Assembly (NCBI GenBank): GCA_965248265.1
Contig: CBDFJF010000001.1
Location: forward strand, 1,888,001 to 1,952,000
Source: Candidatus Latescibacterota bacterium
GTDB taxonomy: Bacteria; Latescibacterota; UBA2968; UBA8231
Direction of reading: 5' to 3'
DNA length: 64,000 bases
The notes under the pieces were generated by a model. That model searched no databases and was not told the DNA's origin. It worked only from the letters and a program-made list of their open reading frames with translations. Below, one piece after another: positions 29,980 through 38,918 of the stretch (its first letter is position 1; the number at the start of each line of letters is the position of its first letter). The translations under genes were made by a program, and so were the position numbers.

Positions 29980-30005
29980 AAAAAAACCGCCCGCTCGCGG
30001 CCGGC
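29980..30005 (-). terminator. Terminator-like hairpin between fnlA and fnlB
   Basis: CCGGCCGC-GA-GCGGGCGG followed by T7 on the minus strand. Confidence 0.5.
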
Positions 30006-30025
30006 AATCGATTCCAATTCCGATG

Positions 30026-31036
30026 TCAGTACGACAGTTGATGCTTCACGTATTCCAACTCGGTCAGCATCGCCCTTACTTCATCGAGGTCAAGTCGTCG
30101 GCAATTGTCGGAGTTATACTCCTCGCGACCTGACACCTCCGGGTTACCCTCGGTGTAGTATTGCTCGTAATTTAGATCACGCGTGTCTGCTGGCACCCGA
30201 AAGTATTGATCAAGATCGACACTTGCGTGCATCTCCTCTTTTGTTAATAGGGTCTCATACTCCTTCTCACCATGCCGCCGGCCTATCGTCTGAATCGCAT
30301 TGTCGGCCTTGAAGATCTGTTTCAACGCCAGCGCCAGATTCCCGATTGTTGCGGCGGGAGACTTCTGCACGAACAGGTCACCGGGGTCGGCGTTATCGAA
30401 CGCGTAGCGCACCAGACTCACCGCCTCATCGACACTCATCATGAAGCGGGTCATGTTGGGATCCGTCACGGTGATGGGTTTGTTGGATCTGATCTGATCG
30501 ATGAAGAGCGGGATGACAGACCCCCGAGAGGCCATGACATTTCCGTACCGCGTCACGCACACGCAGCATCCCTGGTCTGCTGCAACACGTGCTTTCCCGG
30601 CGACGAGCTTCTCCATCATCGCCTTGGAGATGCCCATCGCGTTTATCGGGTATGCCGCCTTGTCGGTGCTGAGCGCGACAACGCGCTTGACCCCTGCCGC
30701 AGTGGCTGCAGCGATGACATTCTCGGTGCCTACCGCATTCGTCAGCAGCGCCTCCATGGGGTAGAACTCGCAAGACGGCACCTGTTTTAGAGCGGCGGCA
30801 TGGAAGACCGAGTCAACACCGCTCATGGCGTCCAGTAGGCTTTCAGGCCGCCTGACGTCACCTATGTAAAACTTGATCCTAGGGTTACCGTACTCCATGC
30901 GCATCTCATGCTGCTTCTCTTCGTCTCGGCTGAAAATCCTGATCTCGGCGATCTCCGTATCCAGGAAACGCCGAAGCACGGCGTTGCCGAAGGTCCCGGT
31001 GCCACCAGTGATGAGCAGTGTACTTCCTTTAATCAT
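30026..31036 (-). CDS. fnlA: UDP-GlcNAc 4,6-dehydratase/5-epimerase FnlA/WbjB/CapE
   Basis: TGGTGTFG, HAAALKQVPSCEFYP, STDKAAYPINAMGISK, RYGNVMASRGSVIP, EYNSDN. Confidence 0.93.
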   Translation of the reverse strand: MIKGSTLLITGGTGTFGNAVLRRFLDTEIAEIRIFSRDEEKQHEMRMEYGNPRIKFYIGDVRRPESLLDAMSGVDSVFHAAALKQVPSCEFYPMEALLTNAVGTENVIAAATAAGVKRVVALSTDKAAYPINAMGISKAMMEKLVAGKARVAADQGCCVCVTRYGNVMASRGSVIPLFIDQIRSNKPITVTDPNMTRFMMSVDEAVSLVRYAFDNADPGDLFVQKSPAATIGNLALALKQIFKADNAIQTIGRRHGEKEYETLLTKEEMHASVDLDQYFRVPADTRDLNYEQYYTEGNPEVSGREEYNSDNCRRLDLDEVRAMLTELEYVKHQLSY

Positions 31037-31362
31037 TACGTTCGGATCCTCATCTCATTGCTATATTCGTCTTCCACGTACCGCTGAGCCGGAATGTGTC
31101 TCGAGTCGGAATCCCGGTCAAGCTCGTCTGCACCTGCCGTACAGGCCACTCAAGCAGGTCGATGACATTCTCGGCGACCGCTCGAGTGCCGTCGCCTCCT
31201 GCGATTCGGCCAGGTCCTCCCCGTACGACGCTTCGACACCGCATGCACTTCGATTTAAGCTATCAACGTCTCTATATCCAAGAACTTCGAGTGTGATCAG
31301 GCTCGGCTCGACGTTCATGAACATTGACGAGCCAGGGTGGCATCTGGAGAAGTAAGGCAGTG

Positions 31363-32133
31363 ATGACCGACAACAGAGTGCCCTTTCTGGGTTTGAATTT
31401 TGACAACCTGGATCTGCCCGGTGCCCTTGCGCGTATTGAGCAGTTCATCGCTGAGCGCAAACCGAGGATGATCTTCACGCCCAATGTCGCCCTGTTGGTG
31501 TGGTCACGGAGCGATGCGTTTCTGAAGAAAACCTATACCTGTTGCGATATGGTGACGGTCGATGGCATGGCCATCTATTACGCCATGAAAATATTGGGTA
31601 GCCCATTGAAGGAGTCGCTCAGTGCCTCCGTGATGTTCTACCCGTTGTTTGAGCTCTCACAGGATAAGCGGTACAAGATATTCATGGTTGGTGCCCGGGA
31701 GAGCGTGGTGGCTACCGCCGTGGCCAACCTGCGTACACAGTACCCGGATGCCCGCATCGTCGGTTTTCATCATGGCTACTTCGATATGGAAAACCCCCCG
31801 GCCGAATTGGTCAGGGAGATTCAGCAGACGGAACCCGACATATTAATGATCGGTATGGCGACACCCTACAAAGAACAGTTCGTGGTATCGAACCTTGCGG
31901 AGATGAATGTCCCGGTCAGTCTTGGCGTTGGCGGTATGTTCGATATCGCAGCAGGGGAAGCCCACTTTGCCCCTGTATGGATTCGCAAACTCGCACTTGA
32001 ATGGTTGTACCGGCTCATTCAGGAACCGAGGCGGATGTGGAAAAGGTACCTCACTACCAACAGCGTTTTCGTGTGCCTCTTTATCGTCGAATTCATTAAA
32101 CGCCGGATTCTCTTCCTCCGTGAGGAGGTATAA
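31363..32133 (+). CDS. WecG/TagA/CpsF family glycosyltransferase (GT26)
   Basis: TPNV, DGM, HHGYF, GVGGMFD, LEWLYRLIQEPRRMWKRYL. Confidence 0.92.
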   Translation: MTDNRVPFLGLNFDNLDLPGALARIEQFIAERKPRMIFTPNVALLVWSRSDAFLKKTYTCCDMVTVDGMAIYYAMKILGSPLKESLSASVMFYPLFELSQDKRYKIFMVGARESVVATAVANLRTQYPDARIVGFHHGYFDMENPPAELVREIQQTEPDILMIGMATPYKEQFVVSNLAEMNVPVSLGVGGMFDIAAGEAHFAPVWIRKLALEWLYRLIQEPRRMWKRYLTTNSVFVCLFIVEFIKRRILFLREEV

Positions 32134-32215
32134 GGCGATGCGAGTGGCCAGCCTCTCCAACGTTGCTCGACCAGTAGCCATCAATCAAGAACTATTTGAT
32201 TTAGGAGGCGAATGA

Positions 32216-33091
32216 ATGGTTGGTCTTAAAATGCTCATTCCAAATCTTCAACCCGATATTGCTGAAGCATTTGAGGAAGTCATTTCCTATTTTCCCCAAG
32301 CAGCTCAAAGTAGGGCTCTTAATAAGAGTTACTATTCCCATCTTTTTTTTCTGTCGAAAATTAAAGAGCTAATGCCCAATCTGGAGGATAAGCATGTTTT
32401 AGATGTTGGGGCTGGAGGTGGGCTGGAAGCTTTGACTGTAAAAAAATTAGGGGCCACCGTTACTGCTGTCGATACTTGGACTGAATACGATGAAGAAGAA
32501 GATAATCCTATTGGACGAGTGTCTGATATCATAGCTCGATATGACAGCGCGGAGATAGCGCGGCATGAGTGCGATATTATGACATCATCTCTCCCTTTTT
32601 CAGATAACAATTTTGATATGGTTCTCTTTTCAAATGTTTTAGAGCATTTACACGGTTCTCCAAAGTTTCCTTTAACAGAAATGGTTCGAGTCTTAAGACC
32701 GGGCGGCATTTTACTTTTGGCTGTGCCTAATATTGCTAATCTTCGTTGGCGCATCAATTTATTGTTTGGCAGAAGTCCGCTTGGGTCACTGGATGCCTGG
32801 TACTTCAGTGATCCATTCCATGGACATATTCGAGAATATACCCCGGCAGAAGTTGAGACGATGGTTCGTTGGCTGGATTTAACACTGATAGGGACTTGGC
32901 CTAACGATGGCCTGATTTGGAATACAAAGGTACCGACTAAGGAATATGCACTTTATGAGCGGAGTCTTAAGTTTACGAGCCTGTTTCAATTAGCGAAGAT
33001 TCCGTACTTTGCGTTAACGGCGCTTATACCCAATCTACGATATGGGATTGTCACTGCTGGCTCAAAGCAAAAGGCTGTTAAAGAAACATGA
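32216..33091 (+). CDS. Class I SAM-dependent methyltransferase (AT-rich gene)
   Basis: VLDVGAGGG, VLEHL, LRPGG, HIREYT; visibly lower GC than its flanks. Confidence 0.88.
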   Translation: MVGLKMLIPNLQPDIAEAFEEVISYFPQAAQSRALNKSYYSHLFFLSKIKELMPNLEDKHVLDVGAGGGLEALTVKKLGATVTAVDTWTEYDEEEDNPIGRVSDIIARYDSAEIARHECDIMTSSLPFSDNNFDMVLFSNVLEHLHGSPKFPLTEMVRVLRPGGILLLAVPNIANLRWRINLLFGRSPLGSLDAWYFSDPFHGHIREYTPAEVETMVRWLDLTLIGTWPNDGLIWNTKVPTKEYALYERSLKFTSLFQLAKIPYFALTALIPNLRYGIVTAGSKQKAVKET

Positions 33092-33168
33092 TTGTATAGA
33101 AGGTGTATTGCAAATGAGCAAATATACTTTGCAAGAGTGCTCTAGGATATTGGTTATGTTGTAACAAT

Positions 33169-34308
33169 TCAGTCCGCACCGACTTCCAACCGTATCTCGT
33201 TGAAGAAGACGCACCCGATCTCATCGGATTGTTTCGTGCGCACAGTCCATCCCATCTCTTCTTCGATTTCCAGTCCGTCCAGTGACAGATCGAGCAGTCC
33301 CGTCGTGGTCTCATCGACCGGCATTTCGACAGCACCACGTGCTCCCTTGATGACAAGTACACCGGTCCCCGCGACAAAGGCAACGTCGATTGTGACGCGG
33401 GTAACCTCCCCGCTGATTCCCTTTAGCCGCGTTTCAACCGAGCTTCCGTCGACCGTCGACAGCAGCCGTCCGAAGTGATTCGGCTGATGCATCGGGACAT
33501 ACGTCAGGGAGCCGTCCCCGGAATCCGGATGAGGCCGCAGGTTGATCGTCCCGGAGTGGCCGAGCAGGATGTCCGTATCCGACCAGTCGACATACACCAA
33601 CGGGTCGCGTCCGGTCGCCATCCACTGCTCAAACCATACATCCGTCCGATTTGACACAGCATACTGCCGCGGGTGATCCGACTCCAGGACTTCCCTGGCT
33701 GACATCAGATCATCTCGCGACGATCTGTTGCGCCGAAAGACTGTCCCCCAGGTCACGTCGAAGAGCCGCCATAGACCACCTCGCGACGATCCGTTGCGCC
33801 GAAAGACTGTCCCCCAGGTCACGTCGAAGAGCCGCCATTTCCCGTCGTAGTAGACTTCGGCGCAGATATGGCTAAAGTTCTCCTCCGGCGTCTCACCGTG
33901 CATGTAGAACTCCACGCTGCGCGCGCGAAGCCCCGTGCTGTCGGCCAGCAGCAGGAACGTTGCAACCTGATTGCCGCAGATCCCTGCTCCCATCGACAGG
34001 CATGATTCCGGATCCGTTGGCACTGGTTCCCCCGCCCGCGCGAGAATCGCATAATTCAGGGGACTCAGGCGCGACTGGACAAAGTTCATGATGGCGGTCG
34101 CATGGAAGAAGCCGCCTGACAGGCCGTGCGGCCGCTCGCCGAAATGCGCCACCTGCCGCTCGATCAGCCGGGCTGCCTGATCGACATATGATTCCTCCCG
34201 CGAACCATCAGACGGTAATTCCTCGCCGAAGGCACCGGGCACGCCGACAACAGTGGCGCAGATGCTGAACAGGATTGGCAACCGGATTTCTCTCGCGCGG
34301 ATGTTCAT
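33169..34308 (-). CDS. Exported transglutaminase-like (Cys-His-Asp) protein with a 22-aa internal duplication
   Basis: GICGN, HICAEVYY, WRLFDVTW twice; signal peptide from MNIRARE. Confidence 0.75.
   Translation of the reverse strand: MNIRAREIRLPILFSICATVVGVPGAFGEELPSDGSREESYVDQAARLIERQVAHFGERPHGLSGGFFHATAIMNFVQSRLSPLNYAILARAGEPVPTDPESCLSMGAGICGNQVATFLLLADSTGLRARSVEFYMHGETPEENFSHICAEVYYDGKWRLFDVTWGTVFRRNGSSRGGLWRLFDVTWGTVFRRNRSSRDDLMSAREVLESDHPRQYAVSNRTDVWFEQWMATGRDPLVYVDWSDTDILLGHSGTINLRPHPDSGDGSLTYVPMHQPNHFGRLLSTVDGSSVETRLKGISGEVTRVTIDVAFVAGTGVLVIKGARGAVEMPVDETTTGLLDLSLDGLEIEEEMGWTVRTKQSDEIGCVFFNEIRLEVGAD
33714..33838. repeat. In-frame tandem duplication with 66-bp period
   Basis: 59-bp near-identical copies starting at 33714 and 33780. 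Confidence 0.95.
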
Positions 34309-34757
34309 CGTATTCCATCCGCTCGTCTGGCTCGAACCGGAGGGCAAGCCCATCCACATTGATCCCGCAGTGCTTGGACGAGCTCGCCCACACTGCCACT
34401 AGGCCAGAGCCCGAACTGCTCCGCTTGGACCCGAGCGTCATCGGCGAACTCGAGAAGCAGTTCGCGGTCGTCCCTTCGATCCTCCGCCTGGTATTCGACC
34501 TCGACGGCCCCGGGAGAGCCTTGCCCATTGCGCTGCCTCTCGAAGAACTCCATCTCCTTGCGCGCCCCTTCCAAGAGAGTATCGACGGGGCGGACCACCG
34601 CCACGAGATCGGGCATGGTCTAAATAGCCTCCCCCTGCAACCGCTCAAGCTCGCGCTGCCGCGCTTGCGCATAGGCCGCGACATCTACAAGACCGACCCA
34701 TAGCGCAGTCGCGAAAATCACCCGGTTCACGTTACTACTCCATTGCACACCGCCCAT
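34305..34757 (-). pseudogene. Exported hypothetical protein interrupted by an in-frame TAG
   Basis: ORFs 34620..34805 and 34305..34616 share a frame: ...LERLQGEAI*TMPDLVAVVRP...; the final stop overlaps the ATG of the transglutaminase gene. Confidence 0.5.
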
Positions 34758-35090
34758 ATCTTTGATACTGCACAACCGGTTGGCGTTGACTGTAGTTGAT
34801 CGCATCGATATAGGCTCACAGTTGGCCTATAGGGTACGGAGATTCGGAGGAGGGACCAAGAGGAGCACAAGGGGCTCAACATTGGGCGTGTGTATATGCC
34901 CTTCTCCCACCTTGAAATCCGCTGTCGGGTTCACCTTTTTCTGAGGGATTCTCGGATTTAAACCTGCCCCACCAACTCCCGGACAAACACGTGAAAACAC
35001 CGGCTCTACTGCTGCCCAGCCGCCATATCCACTCCCAGCCCTTCCTAAAGGGTGTCTGCAACCACCTCTGTAAGTCCCTGTGAACACTGA

Positions 35091-36045
35091 TTGATTTTCT
35101 GCGAGACTTTGCGGATCGCCGAACGGCTTGAGGACGAGCATCGCCAGGTCCGGCTGGGATATGGGCCAGCGCCAACTTCGGCCGACGGTTCAGCAAGCGC
35201 GACTTTGCGGAGGTGCGGGTCGAGTACTTGTCTTGGGGTCAGGCTCAAGGAGGACATGGAGGTCGCCCTTTGAGCGTTGTGCACGCTCGTACGCGGCGAA
35301 CGAAGCTGGGTCGGTGGCAGGATCACCTTGGGCTGTCCACGTTGGGTGATTTGTCTGGAATCCTCCCCCGTGCTGAGAGGGCTCTACGCGAGCTACAAAC
35401 CGCAGGTCGCGCTGGTAAAACCCTCACCAACTACGTCGGCACACTCGGGGCCTTCTGCAAATGGTGCGTCCAACGAGGCTACTTGGCAGACGATCCCCTG
35501 GCGGCAATCGCTCCTTTTGATACGACACCGCAGACAAGACGCCGGGCGATGGCCTCTGACGAGATCGCGGCGCTGCTGGAGTCCAGCCCTGCGCATCGTC
35601 GCCCCCTATACGAGGTTGCCTTCCTTACTGGGCTGCGGGTGAACGAGCTGCGCAATCTGACCGTGAACCATCTCGATGTTGAGAGCGGCGGCCTGCGATT
35701 GGACGCTGAATGGACAAGAACCGCAAGCCAGGTTTCCAGCGAGTCGCCTACATAAACCTGATCATCGAAAACGGGGTCAGCGTCAAGGAAGCACAAGAAC
35801 TGACCCGACACTCCTCGCCGCAACTCACCATGAACATCTACGGCCGAGCCCGGCCCGAACGTCTAACCCAAGCCGGGGAAAAGGTCGGTGAAACGATCCT
35901 TCAGACTGTGAATCGTGCAACATACGTGCAACGCCTGGCAATGGGCGCAGAACAAGAAAACGCAACCCCTTCGCCTACAAGACGTTGCGTCTCCAGGAAA
36001 CTGGTAGCGGCGGAGGGATTCGAACCCCCGACCCATGGATTATGA
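35091..36045 (+). pseudogene. Tyrosine recombinase/integrase remnant
   Basis: AFLTGLRVNEL (catalytic Arg), frameshift at WT/KNRK, HxLR region missing, then AQELTRHSSPQLTMNIY; N-terminus split across frames. Confidence 0.88.
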
Positions 36046-36078
36046 TTCCACTGCTCTAACCAACTGAGCTACGCCGCC
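36002..36078 (-). tRNA. tRNA with CAT anticodon, probably elongator tRNA-Met
   Basis: GGCGGCGTAGCTCAGTTGGTTAGAGCAGTGGAATCATAATCCATGGGTCGGGGGTTCGAATCCCTCCGCCGCTACCA. Confidence 0.95.
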
Positions 36079-36094
36079 GCTTGCAGAGGAGCAA

Positions 36095-36122
36095 AACGTA
36101 CTGGGTCGCGGTCTTTTGTCAA
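36095..36122 (-). promoter_or_regulatory. Putative sigma70 promoter of tRNA-Met
   Basis: TTGACA-N16-TACGTT. Confidence 0.5.
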
Positions 36123-36398
36123 CAGAGCGCGACCCGCCCACCGCTGTGAAGGAACGGTAACAGTGCTGTTTCGAATCAGTAACCACAGCGGTCCGAATGT
36201 GGGTGCCGTTCTTTCGATCCCGCACGAGTTAAACCCTCCACAAATAGAGACATACAGCTACTGCACTGCCGTTGCCATACAACCTGGCACGGGGGCTGCT
36301 AAGTCGACACCGAGATCTCATTGCGGAGCGGCTGATTGACAACAAATGCTTCTGGCCGTGCCCGCCGTCCCTTCCACCTCCAACGGATTGAGGTCCAT

Positions 36399-38918
36399 GT
36401 GAAAGTCTTTAGCTTGCTGCTCCCCGTTCTTCTTTCGTTGACACCGCAGATTGCATCTGCGCAACTCCTCATTCATGAAGTGCTTTATGACGGAGCCGGA
36501 ACCGATGCCGACGACGTCTTTACCGAGATCGTCGGGGCACCCGGTTACAGCCTTGCCGGATGGCGTCTTGTCGGCATCAACGGTGGAAATGGGGAGATCT
36601 ATCGAGACCTGGACCTCACCGGTGCCATGATCCCGGCTGACAGCATCCTCGTCATCGCTACCAGCAATGCTGAGGGCATTGTGCTGGAAGAAAGGGACTT
36701 CGACGCGAATGTCGACTGGCAGAACGGGCCGGATGCTGTTCAGTTGCGGGACTCGACAGGCACGGTCATCGATGCATTGCAGTATGGCGACGCTGGCGAA
36801 TTCAACTCAGGCGAGGGAGTTCCGGCGAACTCGGTACCTGCGGGAAGGAGCCTGTCGCGCGATAGGTCGAGTAGCGATAGTGATGACAATGCTGCCGACT
36901 TCTCCCCCCTCAACCCACCAACTCCGGGCTCACTCAGTGGAAATGAACTGAGGTTGTCGATTCCGGATACGTCGGCCGCCTACAACGATACGCTGGTAGT
37001 ACCATTGCGCCTCAGTGGCACCACCGGCAGGGGGATTCTGGCCGCAGAGGTGTTCGTCAGCTTCGACGGTGACTTGCTGACGGCGGACTCGGCCAAAACC
37101 ACAGCCATGAGCGACGGCTGGACCGTGGTCTTCAATCGAGTGTCCGGTTCTGATGGTCCGGTAGACACATTGAAAATCGCCATGGCCGCTGATGCCGACA
37201 CGCTCGAAGGCAGTGGTGATATCGTTGCCGTCCACTTTGACGTCAGTGACCACCGGCGACCCGCCGCGACAACGATTGCCCTCGAGCACGCCCTGTTCAA
37301 CGATGGCTCTTTCGAGCCGATCCTCGTCGACGGGCGCTTGTCGATCATCGGCAATGACGCTGCCATGGCCATCCTCCCCGCCACTCCAGTCGATCCTCCT
37401 GATGATCTCTACTTCGAGCTTTTCGACATGGATGAAAATCGCGACATCACGCTTGCCGATGCGTTGAAGATTCGCGTTGACGGAGACACCCAGGTCGAGT
37501 TACTAACGACCGTGGAGACGGGTGTGACCACCGGCTTCTTCCGCGGCTCCCTTCCCGTCGTCATCGGCTCCGCTCTATCGAACAACGGCGTCCTGGAAAC
37601 GATTCCGGGTGAGACGCTGACGTTCTGCTATGATGACAGTTTGACGGCAGATGGGCAAACGCTGGAGCGATGTGTGGTCACAACTGTAGCTGCCCATGAC
37701 GGACAACTCTCGACAACTGTGGTCGCCGAACCCGGAGACACGCTGCGAGTACAACTCATCGATGAAGATCTCAACTGGGACCCAGCGTCCATCGAGATGC
37801 TCGAGCTCTACGCCATCAATAGCACATCACCCGACACAGAGCAGGTCGCTCTGAAGGAGGCCAGTCCGGATGACAGCGTCTTCGTCGCCGTCCTGCCGAC
37901 ATCTGCGGTTTCGGCGACTACCGGTGACAGCCTGGTGAGCGTCACTGGAGGCGATGTGATCTCGATCACCTATGCCGACGAACACCGAACCTCCGGAAGC
38001 CCGGCCACCGTCCTCGACACCAGCTTCGTCGTCGCTCTCTTCGGAGATGCTGATCGCAACGGCCTGCTACAGGCTCTCGACGCCGCGGCCGTGTTGGGCC
38101 ACGTGCTGAATCCGTCGCTGGCCGGCATCGACTCCCTGGCCGCCAACGTGGATTCGTCCGCACCGCAAGGTGCAATCACTCCTTTCGACGCGGCCCTGAT
38201 CCTCCAGCACCGGGTCGGAATCCGCCACCGCTTCCCCGTGCAGGAATCAGGTTCCAGCAACCACCCATGGACAGACGCGCAGAGCCCGGCTGGCAAACCG
38301 CTGGTTCAGAGATCGATTCTGGAACCCCGCGTCGAGACCGAATACGTCTCGATCTGGACGGAAGACCGCTCTCAAATTATTTCGGGTGAGGTCTCGATAG
38401 AAGGCGTAATCGGAGAAGTGCAGGCCGCCGTGGATCTGAGCCATTTTCTAGTAGCCTTTCGCCCGTTCGACGGAGGTGTCCGGGTCGTGATGGCTGGCGC
38501 CTCCCCTGTGCCTGGGCCAGGAGAACTGCTCCGTATCTACCCCAGTGAACCGGTGACGGCGGTGAGAATACTGGGTGGCAGTTTCAACGACGGCCAGATC
38601 ACCGTACCGGTTAGCAGGGATCCACCTGCCTCAACGCCGAGCAGCTTCGCCCTGCATGCGAATTACCCCAATCCATTCAATCCAGAAACCACGATAGGCT
38701 TCGACTTACCGAGCCCGGCTGACGCGCTGCTGGAAGTCTTCGATGTTGCAGGACAGCTACAGAGGGTCTTGCTGGCTGGCAGGATGGAAGGGGGGCGGCA
38801 TCACGTCGCGTGGGACGGACGCGATGATGCAGGAAGGAGGGTCGGTAGCGGGGTGTATTTATACCGGTTGCGGACTGGAGTGTCGGATGAAGCCCGGCGA
38901 ATGGTGCTATTGAAGTGA
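36399..38918 (+). CDS. Secreted protein with lamin-tail domain, cohesin, repeats, dockerin and FlgD-type CTD
   Basis: LLIHEVLYD..QNGPDAVQL..PTPG (LTD); IPDTSAAYNDTLVVPL..SFDGDLL..GSGDIVAVHF (cohesin); GDADRNG..ALDA..ANVD..ITPFDAALILQ (dockerin); NYPNPFNPET..WDGRDDAG..SGVYLYRL. Confidence 0.82.
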   Translation: MKVFSLLLPVLLSLTPQIASAQLLIHEVLYDGAGTDADDVFTEIVGAPGYSLAGWRLVGINGGNGEIYRDLDLTGAMIPADSILVIATSNAEGIVLEERDFDANVDWQNGPDAVQLRDSTGTVIDALQYGDAGEFNSGEGVPANSVPAGRSLSRDRSSSDSDDNAADFSPLNPPTPGSLSGNELRLSIPDTSAAYNDTLVVPLRLSGTTGRGILAAEVFVSFDGDLLTADSAKTTAMSDGWTVVFNRVSGSDGPVDTLKIAMAADADTLEGSGDIVAVHFDVSDHRRPAATTIALEHALFNDGSFEPILVDGRLSIIGNDAAMAILPATPVDPPDDLYFELFDMDENRDITLADALKIRVDGDTQVELLTTVETGVTTGFFRGSLPVVIGSALSNNGVLETIPGETLTFCYDDSLTADGQTLERCVVTTVAAHDGQLSTTVVAEPGDTLRVQLIDEDLNWDPASIEMLELYAINSTSPDTEQVALKEASPDDSVFVAVLPTSAVSATTGDSLVSVTGGDVISITYADEHRTSGSPATVLDTSFVVALFGDADRNGLLQALDAAAVLGHVLNPSLAGIDSLAANVDSSAPQGAITPFDAALILQHRVGIRHRFPVQESGSSNHPWTDAQSPAGKPLVQRSILEPRVETEYVSIWTEDRSQIISGEVSIEGVIGEVQAAVDLSHFLVAFRPFDGGVRVVMAGASPVPGPGELLRIYPSEPVTAVRILGGSFNDGQITVPVSRDPPASTPSSFALHANYPNPFNPETTIGFDLPSPADALLEVFDVAGQLQRVLLAGRMEGGRHHVAWDGRDDAGRRVGSGVYLYRLRTGVSDEARRMVLLK

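Larger units (their letters stand above)
27614..36021. mobile_element. Decayed 8.4-kb genomic island integrated at the tRNA-Met 3' end
   Basis: 20-bp direct repeats TGGTAGCGGCTGAGGGATTC (27614-27633) and TGGTAGCGGCGGAGGGATTC (36002-36021), 1 mismatch; integrase remnant beside the tRNA. Confidence 0.85.

Noticed and set aside
34620-34622. Pyrrolysine or recoded TAG
   Set aside because: TAG is used as a normal stop elsewhere in the window (pgk, fnlC, M16 peptidase) and no pyl genes are visible.
35710-36045. Independent 111-aa gene
   Set aside because: It is the frameshifted C-terminal part of the integrase running antisense into the tRNA.
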